From: Pseudogymnoascus verrucosus
Lineage: Eukaryota
Length of the DNA stretch: 64,000 bases
NCBI GenBank assembly: GCA_001662655.1
Contig: KV460210.1
Strand: one strand, 5' to 3'
Below are positions 24,833 to 37,290 of the stretch, in pieces. Each line of letters starts with the position of its first letter. Position 1 is the stretch's first letter. Position numbers and translations under genes: made by a program. The notes beneath the pieces are model-generated. The model saw nothing but the letters and a program-made list of their open reading frames with translations, was not told the origin of the DNA and ran no database searches.

Positions 24833-26800
24833 CTACTGCGCCTTAAAAATAGCCGTAGAGTTAGCCAAAAAAGTGTCAAACGCTCCATCACCCGTAGTCG
24901 GGGTAATCGAGTTGGGGATGAACGTCCCATTATCACTGCTATCATTAACAGTCTTCGCCAACGTCTTATTAACCCACGCCTGCGCGACATCAAACTCCCT
25001 ACCAGCCTTCCCCTTATCCCCCTTATCAAGGGCATCAAGCATAGCGATCAAATGCTGACAAGCAGTCGCCCACTGCATCGCCACCGTCGACCAGGGCGCC
25101 ACATCCGCCGCGAACCCCTTCATCGCCATTCTTGGCAGAACACCGGGAAGCGTGGTCAGCAGCGCGAGACGGTTTCGCAGCGCCGCAGTACCATCCTTCT
25201 TCCCATTCCCCCGCTTCGACGACGCCTTGCGCGCGGTCCAAAACGCCGCAATATCCTTGTTAAGAAGCGGTGCATTGACAATGGCGTCGCGGTATGGCCA
25301 GTTCTGGTTAAGGTCCGCGAACGCGATGACCGCGTCGTGGACACCTCTCCCGCTGCCCGCGAGCTCCTGGAGGATGGCAGCCATAGAGGCGTCGGCGTCG
25401 TAGGCGGGGCCGTTCCAGGTGTAATCTGCGTAGTTGGCGAGGGCAGGCATGGACGCGTATGCTTCTTCCATGGGGTTGGATGTGAAACCGATGAGGTTCT
25501 TGTAGAGCTGTGGGTCACGGCCGGTGAGCGGGTTAAGGAAGAGGCGGTTCCTCCTGCCATCGTTGACGGGGAAGTTGTCCCAGATGTATAGGTTGTCAGT
25601 AACGTAAGTCTTGCCTGCCTGGACGACGCTGGCGACGGTGATTTGATCGCTAAAAACGCCTTCGCCGGTCCATTGGACGCGGATTTTCTTGTCGAGCATG
25701 GTTCCGAACTCGCCTTTGTAGGGGTCCGGTGCGCTTCCTGCGTAGTTGGTTGGGACGATTTGGAGGTCGTTGAGGGCGTTTGGCTCGATATACTCTTTCT
25801 GGATACGGTTCAGGTAGAAGGCTTGGGCGTCGGCTATCCAGTGCCAGTTGCCCGTATCGTTCCACCTCTGCTTGTCTGAGTCGCAGTGGAACTCCAGAGG
25901 GATGTCATCAAGTGCAATGTAGAAGCTGGTGACACCCAGCTCGCGGATCTGATCAAGCTTGGTGGTGGTTACGTTCAAGTCCGCGTCGGAGGAGTAACAC
26001 ACGTCCCAGCCTGGTGAAAGCGCAAACGTAAAGTCAACGTGGTTGGCGTTGGCCGTCTCAATAAGCTCCTGGAGCTGGGAAAGCGCGTCGCCGCTGTAAA
26101 GCGTGCGCCAATTAGCACGGAGTAGGGGGTCGTCTTTAGGAGTGTAGATGTAGGTATTCATCTTATGCTTCCCATAGAAGACGAACTGGTCCAGCCGCGC
26201 CTGGTGAGACCAAGGAAGGCCATAAAACCCCTCAATCGAACCACGGATCGACATGAGCGGCCAATCCCGCACTTTGACGCCTGGAATACAGTGCCCGGTA
26301 ACAAGCTGACGCAGCGTCTGCGACGCGTAGAAAGCGCCGCGCGCGTCTACACCGTTCAGGACAATTGTCGGCTGGCGCTTGTAATTTCCAGATGCGAGGA
26401 CATAGCCATCGGCGACGAGTCCATCCGCCGAGTTCCCCGTGAGCGCCTTCGCAATAGCGGCAGCATCTCCGTCGTCCGCCTCGGTCCCAATGAAGATTTG
26501 CGTACCATGATTAGACGGCTTAGACGCGATGACGGGTTTACCACCAGCGGAAACCACAGCAGCCTTGACTGCGTCGATTGTAGCGGAGTCCGTGGCATTG
26601 CCGGTCACGATTGTTACAGGGCCGTTGAGCGCGATGTTCGATCCGGTCGATGATATCTGTTGTGGTGGGGGCCAGATTGCGGGGAGAGCTTGCCGAGTAC
26701 CCCTGTCGACGCGGCCGGCATTTGCAGCATCAACCGGGCCAAGAGTGAGGAGGCCGACGAGAAGCGCCCGGAGGCACGTGATTTGATGGAGATGAACCAT
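24833..26800 (-). CDS. Secreted GH84 beta-N-acetylglucosaminidase (O-GlcNAcase/NagJ-like) with N-terminal GH20b-like domain, intronless
   Basis: RGSIEGFYG.PW, YIYTPKDDP, FALSPG, catalytic ALDDI, WTG, IWDNFPVND, SNPM motifs; signal peptide. Confidence 0.92.
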   Translation of the reverse strand: MVHLHQITCLRALLVGLLTLGPVDAANAGRVDRGTRQALPAIWPPPQQISSTGSNIALNGPVTIVTGNATDSATIDAVKAAVVSAGGKPVIASKPSNHGTQIFIGTEADDGDAAAIAKALTGNSADGLVADGYVLASGNYKRQPTIVLNGVDARGAFYASQTLRQLVTGHCIPGVKVRDWPLMSIRGSIEGFYGLPWSHQARLDQFVFYGKHKMNTYIYTPKDDPLLRANWRTLYSGDALSQLQELIETANANHVDFTFALSPGWDVCYSSDADLNVTTTKLDQIRELGVTSFYIALDDIPLEFHCDSDKQRWNDTGNWHWIADAQAFYLNRIQKEYIEPNALNDLQIVPTNYAGSAPDPYKGEFGTMLDKKIRVQWTGEGVFSDQITVASVVQAGKTYVTDNLYIWDNFPVNDGRRNRLFLNPLTGRDPQLYKNLIGFTSNPMEEAYASMPALANYADYTWNGPAYDADASMAAILQELAGSGRGVHDAVIAFADLNQNWPYRDAIVNAPLLNKDIAAFWTARKASSKRGNGKKDGTAALRNRLALLTTLPGVLPRMAMKGFAADVAPWSTVAMQWATACQHLIAMLDALDKGDKGKAGREFDVAQAWVNKTLAKTVNDSSDNGTFIPNSITPTTGDGAFDTFLANSTAIFKAQ

Positions 26801-28269
26801 GGTGGTGTTGGAGGCTTGGAGAGTCGGAATAAAACATCATTACAGACATGTGCTATATATACTAAAAGTAAGTAGGCAGGTTGAGATTTACAACCCCGCA
26901 TCCGACAGTTGACGGGAGTGCCTGTGGGAGCGGCCAGACCACTACTACCCCGCTACGGGAATAATCTAAGCATTTCTTTAACTCTCTCTCCTACTGTAAA
27001 AGGTATAAATAACAGTTCACGTTGCATCCATTACCCTCCCTACCTACAACGTTGCAATCTCAGTCAAGCTTGAAAGCTCATAGACAGCAGCTATTGCAGT
27101 GCTAGCAAGGGTAATAGTGAGGATCTTCAACTTTACTAACTAGATTTATTCCTCCGTACGTCATTCAAGCCGTCCGAACTGCCCAAACTAAATTCCCCCG
27201 AAGGCCCTAATTAAGAAAACCAATAGCTCTAAGGTCCAAATATATGCAAGTGTTATAGCATAACTATCACTTCGGTTTTATGTTGTATTTATCATGAGCC
27301 GAAGGCCTGATAAAAACCCGGAAACTCGGCTCCGCTGTCCCCGCCGGGCTGTTGGAGGACCCCACTTACAACCTCATGTCCCGTTGATAGATAAAATGCC
27401 CACAGCATTAGGAAGTACTGATAAAGCAGTCAGACCTTGAATAAATCATGTCCTTCGAAGATATACCAGCAGCTAACATGCATATTCACTAGACATGACT
27501 CAGTGAAACGTTATTCCAACTACCCCTCTTTTCCCACGTCTAAATCACCAACATCCTCTATCTTCCATCACTTCAATGCAACAAACGAAGTGTTAGCATG
27601 TTAGCATTGAGATAACTAACACTCAATACCCGAAGCCGTAACCGTAAACATCAAACTATTAGCTAAACAGCTTTCCAAAACGCAACGTTATGGCAAGCTA
27701 GACTAGTTGTCTGCCGTCCGCAGGAAATATTCTTCCTCCAATTATCCAGGCTCGGTGCTAGAATCGCTGCCCGAATCTAGGCATAGCTGATCGCTACCAT
27801 TGACAGATGCCACTTGATAGTAGCAACGTATGTTTTTCCCCTCCCGTTCGCGGCCCGTGGAGACGACGTTGGCGTAGGCTATCGAGTGGGAAGGCGGCGT
27901 AGAACAGCAGGCCGGCCTCGACCCCCTTTGTTTTAGCCACTCCCACCTACCCGTGTCTGCCCCCGCTGCGCCCCCTCTCTGCGAACCCCTCACGACATGC
28001 AACGTACAAGAACCAAGAACAATACTCACGGGGGAAAAAAAAGAATACTAATATTACCCCATCCTATCCTATCCTATCCCTATCCCCATCCCAAACAACG
28101 CACGCATTAAACAAAAATGCATATAGCATACTCTCAAAAAACCCCACAACTGCTCCTGTCATTACCCCCCTCATTTTTCAAACCCCGACCCCCACCCCCT
28201 CTCCCACATCCCCTCTCCCCCAACAAAAAAAAATATTGTATGTATACCATCCTCTTTCTCACTCTCCCC

Positions 28270-29713
28270 TCACAGCAACCCCATCCCCAAAACCACCCCC
28301 CCAGCAACCACCGCCGCCACGACACTCCACGTCTTCCCCGCAACAGCGCCACTCGGGTTCGTCTCCAGTCCCTGACTAAACCCCGTCTCCGTGCTATCCG
28401 CCGCATCCGCCGCCGTCCCCGACCCATCCTGCCCATCCCCGGACGAAGTCGTTGATCCACTCGCATCCGGATGTCCATCCGTCCCCGGTCCCGCGCCATC
28501 CAGGCCTGGGATGACCGCCACGCCCGAGCTGGCGGACGGGTCGGCGCTGCTGCTCCCCGAGTCTGCGTAGTTGGCGTTCATGTCTGTGCCGGTGCCGAGG
28601 AGGGATTTGAGGATCGTGGGCTTGTCGCCGTCGACGACGGTGTCGTTGGTGCCGGCCTTGTTGTTGTAGGTGTACGATGTCTTCTTGTTGGTGCCGGGCG
28701 CGTTGTCGGCGTTGAAGCACTCGACGCTCACGCTCTCGAATTGGGCGTAGTAGTACCCGTTGGCCTGGATGTCCGGGCCGGACCAGTCGATCACGCCGCC
28801 GGCCCAGTCGATGGTGCCTTGGGCGTTGGAGGCGAGACCGCCAGGCCAGATGGAGATTTGCACACGCGCGGGGGTCTGGGGGAAGGCCCATTGGTTGGAG
28901 GTTGCGTTCCAGGTGTCCTTGCGGAGCTTGGTGCGGCCGACTTGGCCGTCGACGAGCCAGGTGATGGAGTCGGGGGTCCAGCGGATCTCGTACTCGTGGT
29001 AGTTGTTGAAGGTGTCGGAGAGGGAGATGTTGCCTCCTTCTTTGTCTGGTGGGGGTTAGGATTAGGTCGAGTGTGGAGCGGTTTGTCGAAGGAGACTTAC
29101 AGTTCGTGATACCCTGGTAATAATAATTCGTCTGCGCCGTCTTGAGATCAACACCAACATACTCATAGTCAATCTCATCCTTAACATCCGACAGCAGAAT
29201 AAACGCCGTCACCACCCCCTTCCCCCTCCCCGTCTTAAACTTCGCCTTCACATTCCCATACCACATATACCTCGACGTCGCCAGCACCGTGCCCACCGTA
29301 CTCGGCGCCATCGTCAGCAGCAGCGAATTCTTATATGGCACCGCGCTCCCATCCATCACCCAGTCCGTCTTGGACGGGTCACCAAGGTACTTCGTTTTCG
29401 AGGTGATGCCGGTCATGTCCTTGAATGTGTATGTCTTGTCCTGGCACACCGGCGCCGGCACGCACGAGTCGAGGCCGAAGGAGGAGAGGGGGTCGCAGCC
29501 GCCGAGGCAGTAGGCGCCCTTGCCGCAGTCGCCGTATTCTATGGGTGGTCAGCCAGTCGGTCATGGTTGGGTTATTCTAGGGAGTAAGTAAGAAAACTTA
29601 CGGGAGCAGCAGGGCTGGGATTCCGGGCAGTGGTTATCCAGATCGCACTTCGTCGCGGCATGTACCGTAGCGATGGCCGCGAAGGCGGCCAGGAGGAGTG
29701 AAGAGCGGACCAT
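28270..29713 (-). CDS. UTR2: GH16 Crh/Utr2-family chitin transglycosylase with CBM18-like N-terminus and GPI signal, multi-exon
   Basis: CP...PCCS.YG.CG.GAYCLGGC chitin-binding module; SDVKDEIDYE catalytic motif; WPGG..GTIDWAGG.IDW; Ser/Gly-rich tail. Confidence 0.9.
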
Positions 29714-32700
29714 GATGTATTATGTCGTATGGTTCCGCGGCGATTAGTTGTATATATGTATGTACGAGAAAAGTGTCGCTTCGTCCTTCGCAAAATCGAA
29801 TTCCGAAGCAGCAGCCCAATTTATCCGTCGTCAAAAAGACCGTCCTCAGACACGTCGAGCAGCAAACGGAGACCCTTGACCCTTGAGATATATGTGAACC
29901 CCCAAACAGCTTCAGACGCGAAATGTAGTGTTCGCGTTTTCGTGCCTTAGTCGTCGGGCTTTCGCAAGTATTATTCAATCCCTCTTCTTATCCCTTGTCC
30001 TTCTCTCTTTACACCTCTCTCCCTCTGTCTCTCTGAAATCCAAAAATTAAGGCGTATAAAACGAACAAGGCGCTAACGAGTGTCGAGCCACAAACGAGTG
30101 TATTGGCGTATTAGTATATATAAAAACGAGAGACGCAGGCGACGATGCCGGGGAGAATATCTCGTCGTCGTCGGAATGTTGTGGGATGGAGAGAAGGAGG
30201 AGGAGAGGAGAGGAGAGAGATTCGGGGTAGAGGTGGGAGGGTGAAAGAGGAAGGCGCACCACCCACCCGCTGTAATAGTAATGGGTAATCCAATCCGTGC
30301 ACGCTGGGTCGCACTTGCACCAGCGATTTACAGTAGCACGGTAGCACGGTAGCACGAGAAATAGTTAATTTGCCTAGAGAAGAGACGCGATACCAAGAGA
30401 GGTGCGATGTGACGAGAAGGGCTTGGGGGGGCTTGGGGGGTGGGAATTAGGTATTGGATACGGGCAAATGCACCTTCGTATAAGCCGGCACGAGGCGTAC
30501 ATTCTACCCTCTCTCTCATCTCCCTAATTCTGCCTTACGAAGACGAAGAAAAAAGAATCTCATCTCCCCCCCCCATCGCGTGTGTAACTGCTTCACTTTC
30601 CCCTTCCCCTCCCCCATGCCCTCACCGCTGAACTTTCCACTTGTGCTCCGTACCACACGATAAACACCAGATGAAGATCCCCATATCCCCCTTCTCCATC
30701 ATCCACCCCCTCCCCTCCTTCCTCACTAAACATAATTTACTACACTAACCACAGCTCTAGCGCGTTCATACTAAAAGGACCCTTCACTCTACCCCAAACC
30801 CCCCCACATCTTGACATTCGACAAGCCGAAGCCGTCCAACCAGCGGCCACCTATGCCAGCTATGCCCACCTTTCTGTTCCGCCCTAAAAATGGCATCGAC
30901 CCGGCCGCCCGTAATTCCGACAAATTTTGTTACTGGTGCACTGTACTGCTATTAGGTTAGTTAGCGGATACGAGGTGCTGGGTGGGGTGGTCATGGCGTA
31001 TGTACGGGAGGGAGGCCCAAGTCACGGCACGAAGTCAAAGTCACGACACCTGGTAAGCACGGGACTGGTACGAGGTACGAGGGATTTGCTGTACTGTCTG
31101 TGGGTTGGTGGTACTAGCACTAATAAAGTAGAGTAGGGCACAGAGACAAGCAGACCAGCAGGACAAGAACACGATGCCATAGGACAACACCGACGACGAC
31201 AACAACAAAGACACCACGCCTGTCTGCCCGCCTACCTGCACAATAGCCTAGCCTTCATGCAAGTCATCGCCCTGCATCCATCCATCTCACCACCCGGTAT
31301 TCCCAATTCCCCAAGACACGATCGTCGGGTTAGTAGTAGTTGGTAGTCTGTTGTGCTTGCTCCTCGCTCCAAAAGTAAAAGTGCGTAGTAACACAGAAGC
31401 TAGGGCTTAGATCAGATCATCCCCAGCCCGGTTCGGTCGTTTGTGAGTGCGTCGTTTGTCTCTCTGCTGTGCTCCCAACGAATTTATCGGTATGTAATCA
31501 ATCATACGACCCAACGCAGCGAGGAAGAGATGGGGGGAGAGAGAGACAGGCAGGCTGGATGCACACTCAACGCACTGCATTCCAGCCTCACAACAGGAAA
31601 GTCAACTTCCCCAGTCCAGTCCCAGTCCAGTCCCAGTCCCTCCTCCCACCAATCCACCAATCCACCATCTCCTCCCTCGCCGCCTCGCGCCGCGCCCGTC
31701 GCCCCGCGGTGAATTGCAGCAGTATGTACGGTACAAATACCCATCCTTCACAAGTACAGTGAAGGTGCAGTACTCACCCCCTTCTCCATATGTACGTACA
31801 GTACCACCCAGCGCCTGTGCGTGCATCATCGTCGGCAAAGGTACAGTACAGACAGGCGCTGTACAATACCTCCCCATCGGCGGCTAGTGCTTTGGAAGGG
31901 TAGCTGGTAGTGGTAGTAGTGGTGGTGGCCCATGTACTCTGCGTTACAGCGCGGGTACAAAGCTAGTGGGCGACAGGTACTGGGGAGTTACTCGGGGAAA
32001 GGCACTTTACAACACTATAGCTGTGGGTTGGCTGGTAATACTACTAACGCTGGTGCGTGTACTTGCGGTTGATCGACCATGTCCAAGCTCCTCTTATAGC
32101 TCGAGAGAAGCTTGAGGATGTATAGAGGGGAGATGTGTGAATTGAAGAGGGAACCCCTCGTGAGGATGGGAAGGGTGTGTACCCCGCCATCGACGGCGAC
32201 GACACCTCAAATCTCCCCAACTTCACATAAATGCCTCCTGTTGACGCCGAGATCCCCAGGGCAGGAGGGAGTTCACGTTACTTCATTATAGAGGGAAAGC
32301 GCGAATGACATAACACAACTCCTCCATAGCGCCTTCCCGACAAACTTTAATCCCCTCGTCGTCCTCCCTTCACGCCACGTCCGTCCGTCAGTTCTGGAAG
32401 GCGCCGATGAGACAACCTCCCCATAGCGCCTTCCCGATAAACCTTAATCCATCCCATCCCAATCCCATCCCGTCGTTCCTTCCCTTTGGTCTTTGGTCAA
32501 AGTATAATAACCCCCCGCGCCTTCCCCTCCACCTCACCCTTCCAATCGTTTCGCGGCTTCCTTCCCCCCCTCCACACGCCCTCATCCCCGCCCTTTCACG
32601 TCTCGCCCCCCCCCCTTCCCCTTGCGTCATCCGCCCCAATAGAAAAGGAGTTTCGAGTAGCCTCAAAAAACGGCCCAAGAAGGTACATCATATAATATAG

Positions 32701-33824
32701 GGTATACATCATGGGACCAGTATAGTAACTTCACGCCGCTTCACGCATCTCTATCACTCTTACGACTTTCGGCAGCCTCAATGAGTCCCATCTTGCTATT
32801 TCACCATTCTTTCGTTTTACGGCCTACTTTCAATCCACCTGATCCAATCAAAAAAAAATCAAAAATCTACGAGCACCACGATCTTCTCTTCTTCTGCCGT
32901 CCTACTTTCATATCCTTCCCATACAACAGCAGCTTCACCTTCAATCCCATTCACTATCCTCCTCTCATCATCCTCCTCAAGTGGTAAATAAACACGCGTC
33001 GTCCGTACTTTCGTCGGAAAAAATAAAACAAAAATAACAGCATGCATTAAAAAAATAAAATACTCGAATACAAAATAAATAGATTTTACTCTCAATAAAA
33101 ACGGAGGGAAAATAAATAAATCACATCATTAAAAACGTCCACCACCGCACCGCCATCATCAGAAAAAATAGGTTCAAAGTAGGCACACAGAAAGGGTTAG
33201 TAAAAAAAGACCACACATCTCTCAAAAGAAGAAAGTTTTTGTTTTTCTCAAAATTCTCCCATTTGGATTCCGCATTTCCCATATCAAAATCCCCCATCAT
33301 CCCCCCCCAGCCTATCCCTAACCACCCAACTAACTCAAATCGTTTCAACAAAAGCATAATGAATCCCCATGCCCCCATCAATTCCGCCTGCCTTCCTCCA
33401 TTCCTCCCATCCATTGAACGAGAACTAACTGCCAACACGAAAAAAAGCAAATAAACGAAAACAAAAGTTAAAAATCAAAAAGACCTCCCTCCCTTCCATC
33501 CCATCCTCCCCAATTTTTGCGAAGTGTTGTTGATCGTTCGTTCCTCAGAAACCAATGAAAAAAAGGGGCGAGAAAAATAAAATAGAACAATGGAAAAAAA
33601 CCAAATTTCCGGCGCCGAGAAGAACAATTTCCGAGTAGACGTGAAGTGACGTGTGTTTGTCAATCGAGGGGTCCAAGTCGAAAAGGACAAAAACAAAATA
33701 GGAAAAAAACGGTTGATTACAACGGGATGGTCCTTTGGACACGCCGGGAATGAAAAAGGGGGCGCGTGACTTTGGAGGGCGTGGGCAAGATGTGTGTATA
33801 TATAGCGTCTGACGAAGGGGAACT

Positions 33825-34578
33825 TTAAGTCTTGTTCCCGAAATGCTCCTTCGCGTATTGCTCGCATGCCTGAGAGGGGATGTTAGACTCTGGTTTCTGT
33901 TCCCCTGCTGGTGATGGGGGTATTGAGGGGCGGGAAGAGTCGAGTGACATCCACAGGGACAAACAACATACCTTTGCGGGCTTCCCGACCTTCTGTCCGA
34001 TGACCTTCCACTTGTTGGTCTCGTATTCCTTGATTGCATTCAAGAGCGCGGCGCTCTGCTATTAAGTCAGCGCCAGGGTTACGTGTGGGTGGGGGGATGT
34101 GGGCATCTACCTCATCTTCGGCAAACTCCGCATAATGCATGTCCTGGAAATCGACGTCAGTTCTGGGGGTTCTCTAAAAACACACACTCTCGGGAGCGTG
34201 CAGGGGCAAACGCGGGGATGACAAACCTTGTACCAATGCTTCTTGACACTACCCTCTGTCCTGCTGGGGAAGGTCTTTGCAATCTCAGCCCAGCTGTTGC
34301 CCGCCTCGCGCATGTTCTTGAGACGCTGCTCCTCGGCGGCGGTCCAGGGGGTGTTGGTGCGGCTCTTCTTGGCCGGGGGCTGCATGGGCGGCGGGGCAGC
34401 GTTAATGGGCTGCTGCTCCTCCATCACGGCGGTTGGCGGGGGTTGGAGGGGCATGTTGGGGCTCTGCTGCGGCGGGATGAGCGGGGCCTGGAGGCGGCGC
34501 TTGCGGGCAGCCGAGGCGGACAGGTGCTCAGGCGGGGGGAGGAGCTGCTGCTGTTGCTGGGCCGCCTGTTGTTGTTGT

Positions 34579-34610
<32 letters not shown>

Positions 34611-35028
34611 CTGATGCTGCTGCTGCTGCTGATATGGGTTGCCCATGCCCTGGGGCTGCGGGTAGCCCATCTGACCCGTCGGGTCGAAGTCCATACGCTT
34701 CGACATCGAATGGCTGTAGGCGTCCGGTATGGTGTACTGGGGGAGTATCGGGTAGGTGTGTTGCGGCACACCGGACGTGCGGTGAGGACGCGTCGGTGTC
34801 TGGCGCGCGAGGTTTGGTTGAGTCTATACAAACACATCGTGTAAGTACATTGAATACCAAATACTCAAGATGCCATATACCATCTACCATATGGCGAGGT
34901 ACAAAGGTACCAGGCCATAAGGTGAGGTCAATGGGGGGATGAGGGTGAGGAGGAAAGGTACTTACGACTTCGTGTTGTCGATGTTTGGAGGATGCGTTAT
35001 TCGGCAGAGCCAAGCCGATGTTGCTCAT
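33825..35028 (-). CDS. Myb-domain transcription factor with polyQ tract, multi-exon (start uncertain)
   Basis: PWTAAEEQRL..W.EIAKTFPSRTEGSVKKHWYK|DMHYAEFAEDE|SAALLNAIKEYETNKWKVIGQKVGKPAK|ACEQYAKEHF. Confidence 0.88.
34544..34632 (-). repeat. CAG/CAA trinucleotide repeat encoding polyQ
   Basis: TGC/TGT runs on the + strand. Confidence 0.9.
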
Positions 35029-37092
35029 ATCTCTCTATTGTTTCTGTTACCATCCGAGTTTGAAAGAAGGAAGAGTTTGACGTTTTGTCAAACGCGACAG
35101 TCGGCCGAGTCAATTGTGACGCGGGCCTTGGTGACTTGAAGCTGAGAGTTGCGTGCGGCCGACTTCCACTCTCTTGTATGGCAAAAGAGCGACGCGACTG
35201 CAGCGACGAGGAGGTACAGCGTGTGGGGGGAGGGGCTGGAAGTGAAGTTCCAGAATGAATATGAAGAGAGGCACGTACGGTTGTTAAAGGTGAATGGAGG
35301 TACTTGACCGGTTATAAAGATGGAAAAGAAGCCAAAGGTCACTTTGGCGCGTGGCGGAGGTTGAGTGACAAGGAGTGAGTTGTTAAGTGCAAACAAGAGG
35401 ATTGTTCGTTGGATAGAGCGCGTAGAGTGTTGTTAGAGTGTGTCGAGGTGTGTTGAGATGTATAGTAGTAACAAGAGTAGTATAGTAGTAGAGTAGTAGA
35501 AGTAAAGAAGTAGAGGATGTAGAGATGTAGAGATTGTAGAGTTGCAGGAGCAGGAGAGAGGTATACTGGTAGTATATTTGGGTGGATCAGGTGGTACCGT
35601 GTCGTGGTCTGTGAGTGGGAGTACAGGAGGATCAGGGCCTGTATGTTTGGTGTGGTGTAGTGTGTAGTAGTGGTGTAGTAGTGGTGGTGAAATGCAGATG
35701 CCTGTATCTCTGTATGGGTGATGCGCGGTATGCCTGTTTGTGTTTTTGTATACTGCAGAAGGAGTATAGAACGGTGCGGATAACGACTTTTGGAGCTTTG
35801 ACGCAAGCTTAGGAGGGTAGAAGGATAGAAGGGATGATGGAACGAAGATGAATTAATCCGTGGCTGGTGGATTGTAGATGGATGACTGGATTGATTGATT
35901 GATTGATTGATGGATCTTGATTTGGGGATGGGGGATGGTGGATGGGGGAAGGGGGAGAAGAGTGGGAAGTATTGTATTGTATGGATGTAAGTATGTGCAA
36001 GGTCAAGAAAGGTAGAGTAGAGTAGAAGGTGGGTGCACTAAAAGTAAAGGAGGTTAGTAAGAATTGGGACTAGTGTGGAAAATGGATTTGAGAGGGAGGG
36101 GAGAGGGGATGGATTGGGATTGGGAGGGATTGGATTGGATTAGAAGGGGGATGGGGATAGGGATAGAGTGGGAAAGGATGATGGGTCGGAAGGGAAAGGA
36201 TGGGTGGTGGTGGTGGGAAGAGAGAAGAGAGGAGAGAGAGAAGAGTACGGTACGGAAAGTACGGAGGAGGTACGGGGGGTACATATTGTTGAGAAACGGG
36301 TAGCACGAAGAACGCAGGGTTAAAGGAGGGCTGGATGAGGGTGGAGGAAGTAGAGGTACAAAAAATCAGGTTGAGGGAAATAGTGAAGCGTGGTGCAATA
36401 GTAGAGAGGCGGCAAGCGGTAGTGGTGCCTCTCCCTCGATGGAGTCGGTGGAGACCGGCGGATCGATGGATGGCCGGTGGATTCTCTGGTCTGTTGATGG
36501 ACAACGCTCGGCGGGCACTTGGTGGTGGACTGGATTGCTTGGATTGCTTGGATTGGCGTTAGATTGGGCAGAACGGTGGAGTCGGTGGATGCGGACCACC
36601 ATCAACTACACTCGGTGGAGCGAGAGAAACGCGAAAAAAATCCCCAAAACAGGCGGGGCGGGCGCTAGTGCGGCAGGTGGTCATGTACTGCGCCGTACTG
36701 GGTTGTACTGTGCGGTACATGTAAGCGACGATCGGGGAGAGGCGACCATGGTGGGAGGTGACCAGAGTCAGTCAGCGACAGGCAACTAGAGTCAACCACA
36801 GTCAGCCATATAATGGATTATACAGATACAGATATAAGAGGGGATATAAAAGTAACGCGACCAGGGACGAGGGGCAGACGCAGCGATAAGTACGGTACAC
36901 TACACCACAGTACTGTAGAGTACAATACAATAAGAAAGCTTCACTCTTTCCCTCTTCTCCATCAAATTGACTCTAGAGCTTACTTGCACAGCACAACAGC
37001 ATGGCAGATACATCCCCAACACCACACTCAGTCAGCATGCCGCAAGTACCCTCTGTGTTCCCTCTCTGCCTTCCTGTCCCTCCACACTACAC

Positions 37093-37290
37093 ACACGCAT
37101 ACTCTACTCGACTGCCATACAAGCATCCTCTGATCTCTCTACTACACGCATATCTGGTCTACCCGACTGCCATACACGCAACTCTAGTCTACTCAACTGC
37201 CTCACACGCATATCTGGTCTACTCTACTGCCGCCACACACTCATATACTCCAGTCTCCTCTGCTCACCACACACGCAATTCTACTTCTCC
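37093..37290. repeat. Degenerate ~30-bp tandem repeat (ACACGCATATCTGGTCTAC..CTGCC)
   Basis: ACACGCATATCTGGTCTAC is exact at ~37144 and ~37204, with variants around. Confidence 0.6.

Noticed and set aside
25052..29109. Long plus-strand ORFs over the GH84 and GH16 genes
   Set aside because: Antisense shadows of GC3-rich coding sequence
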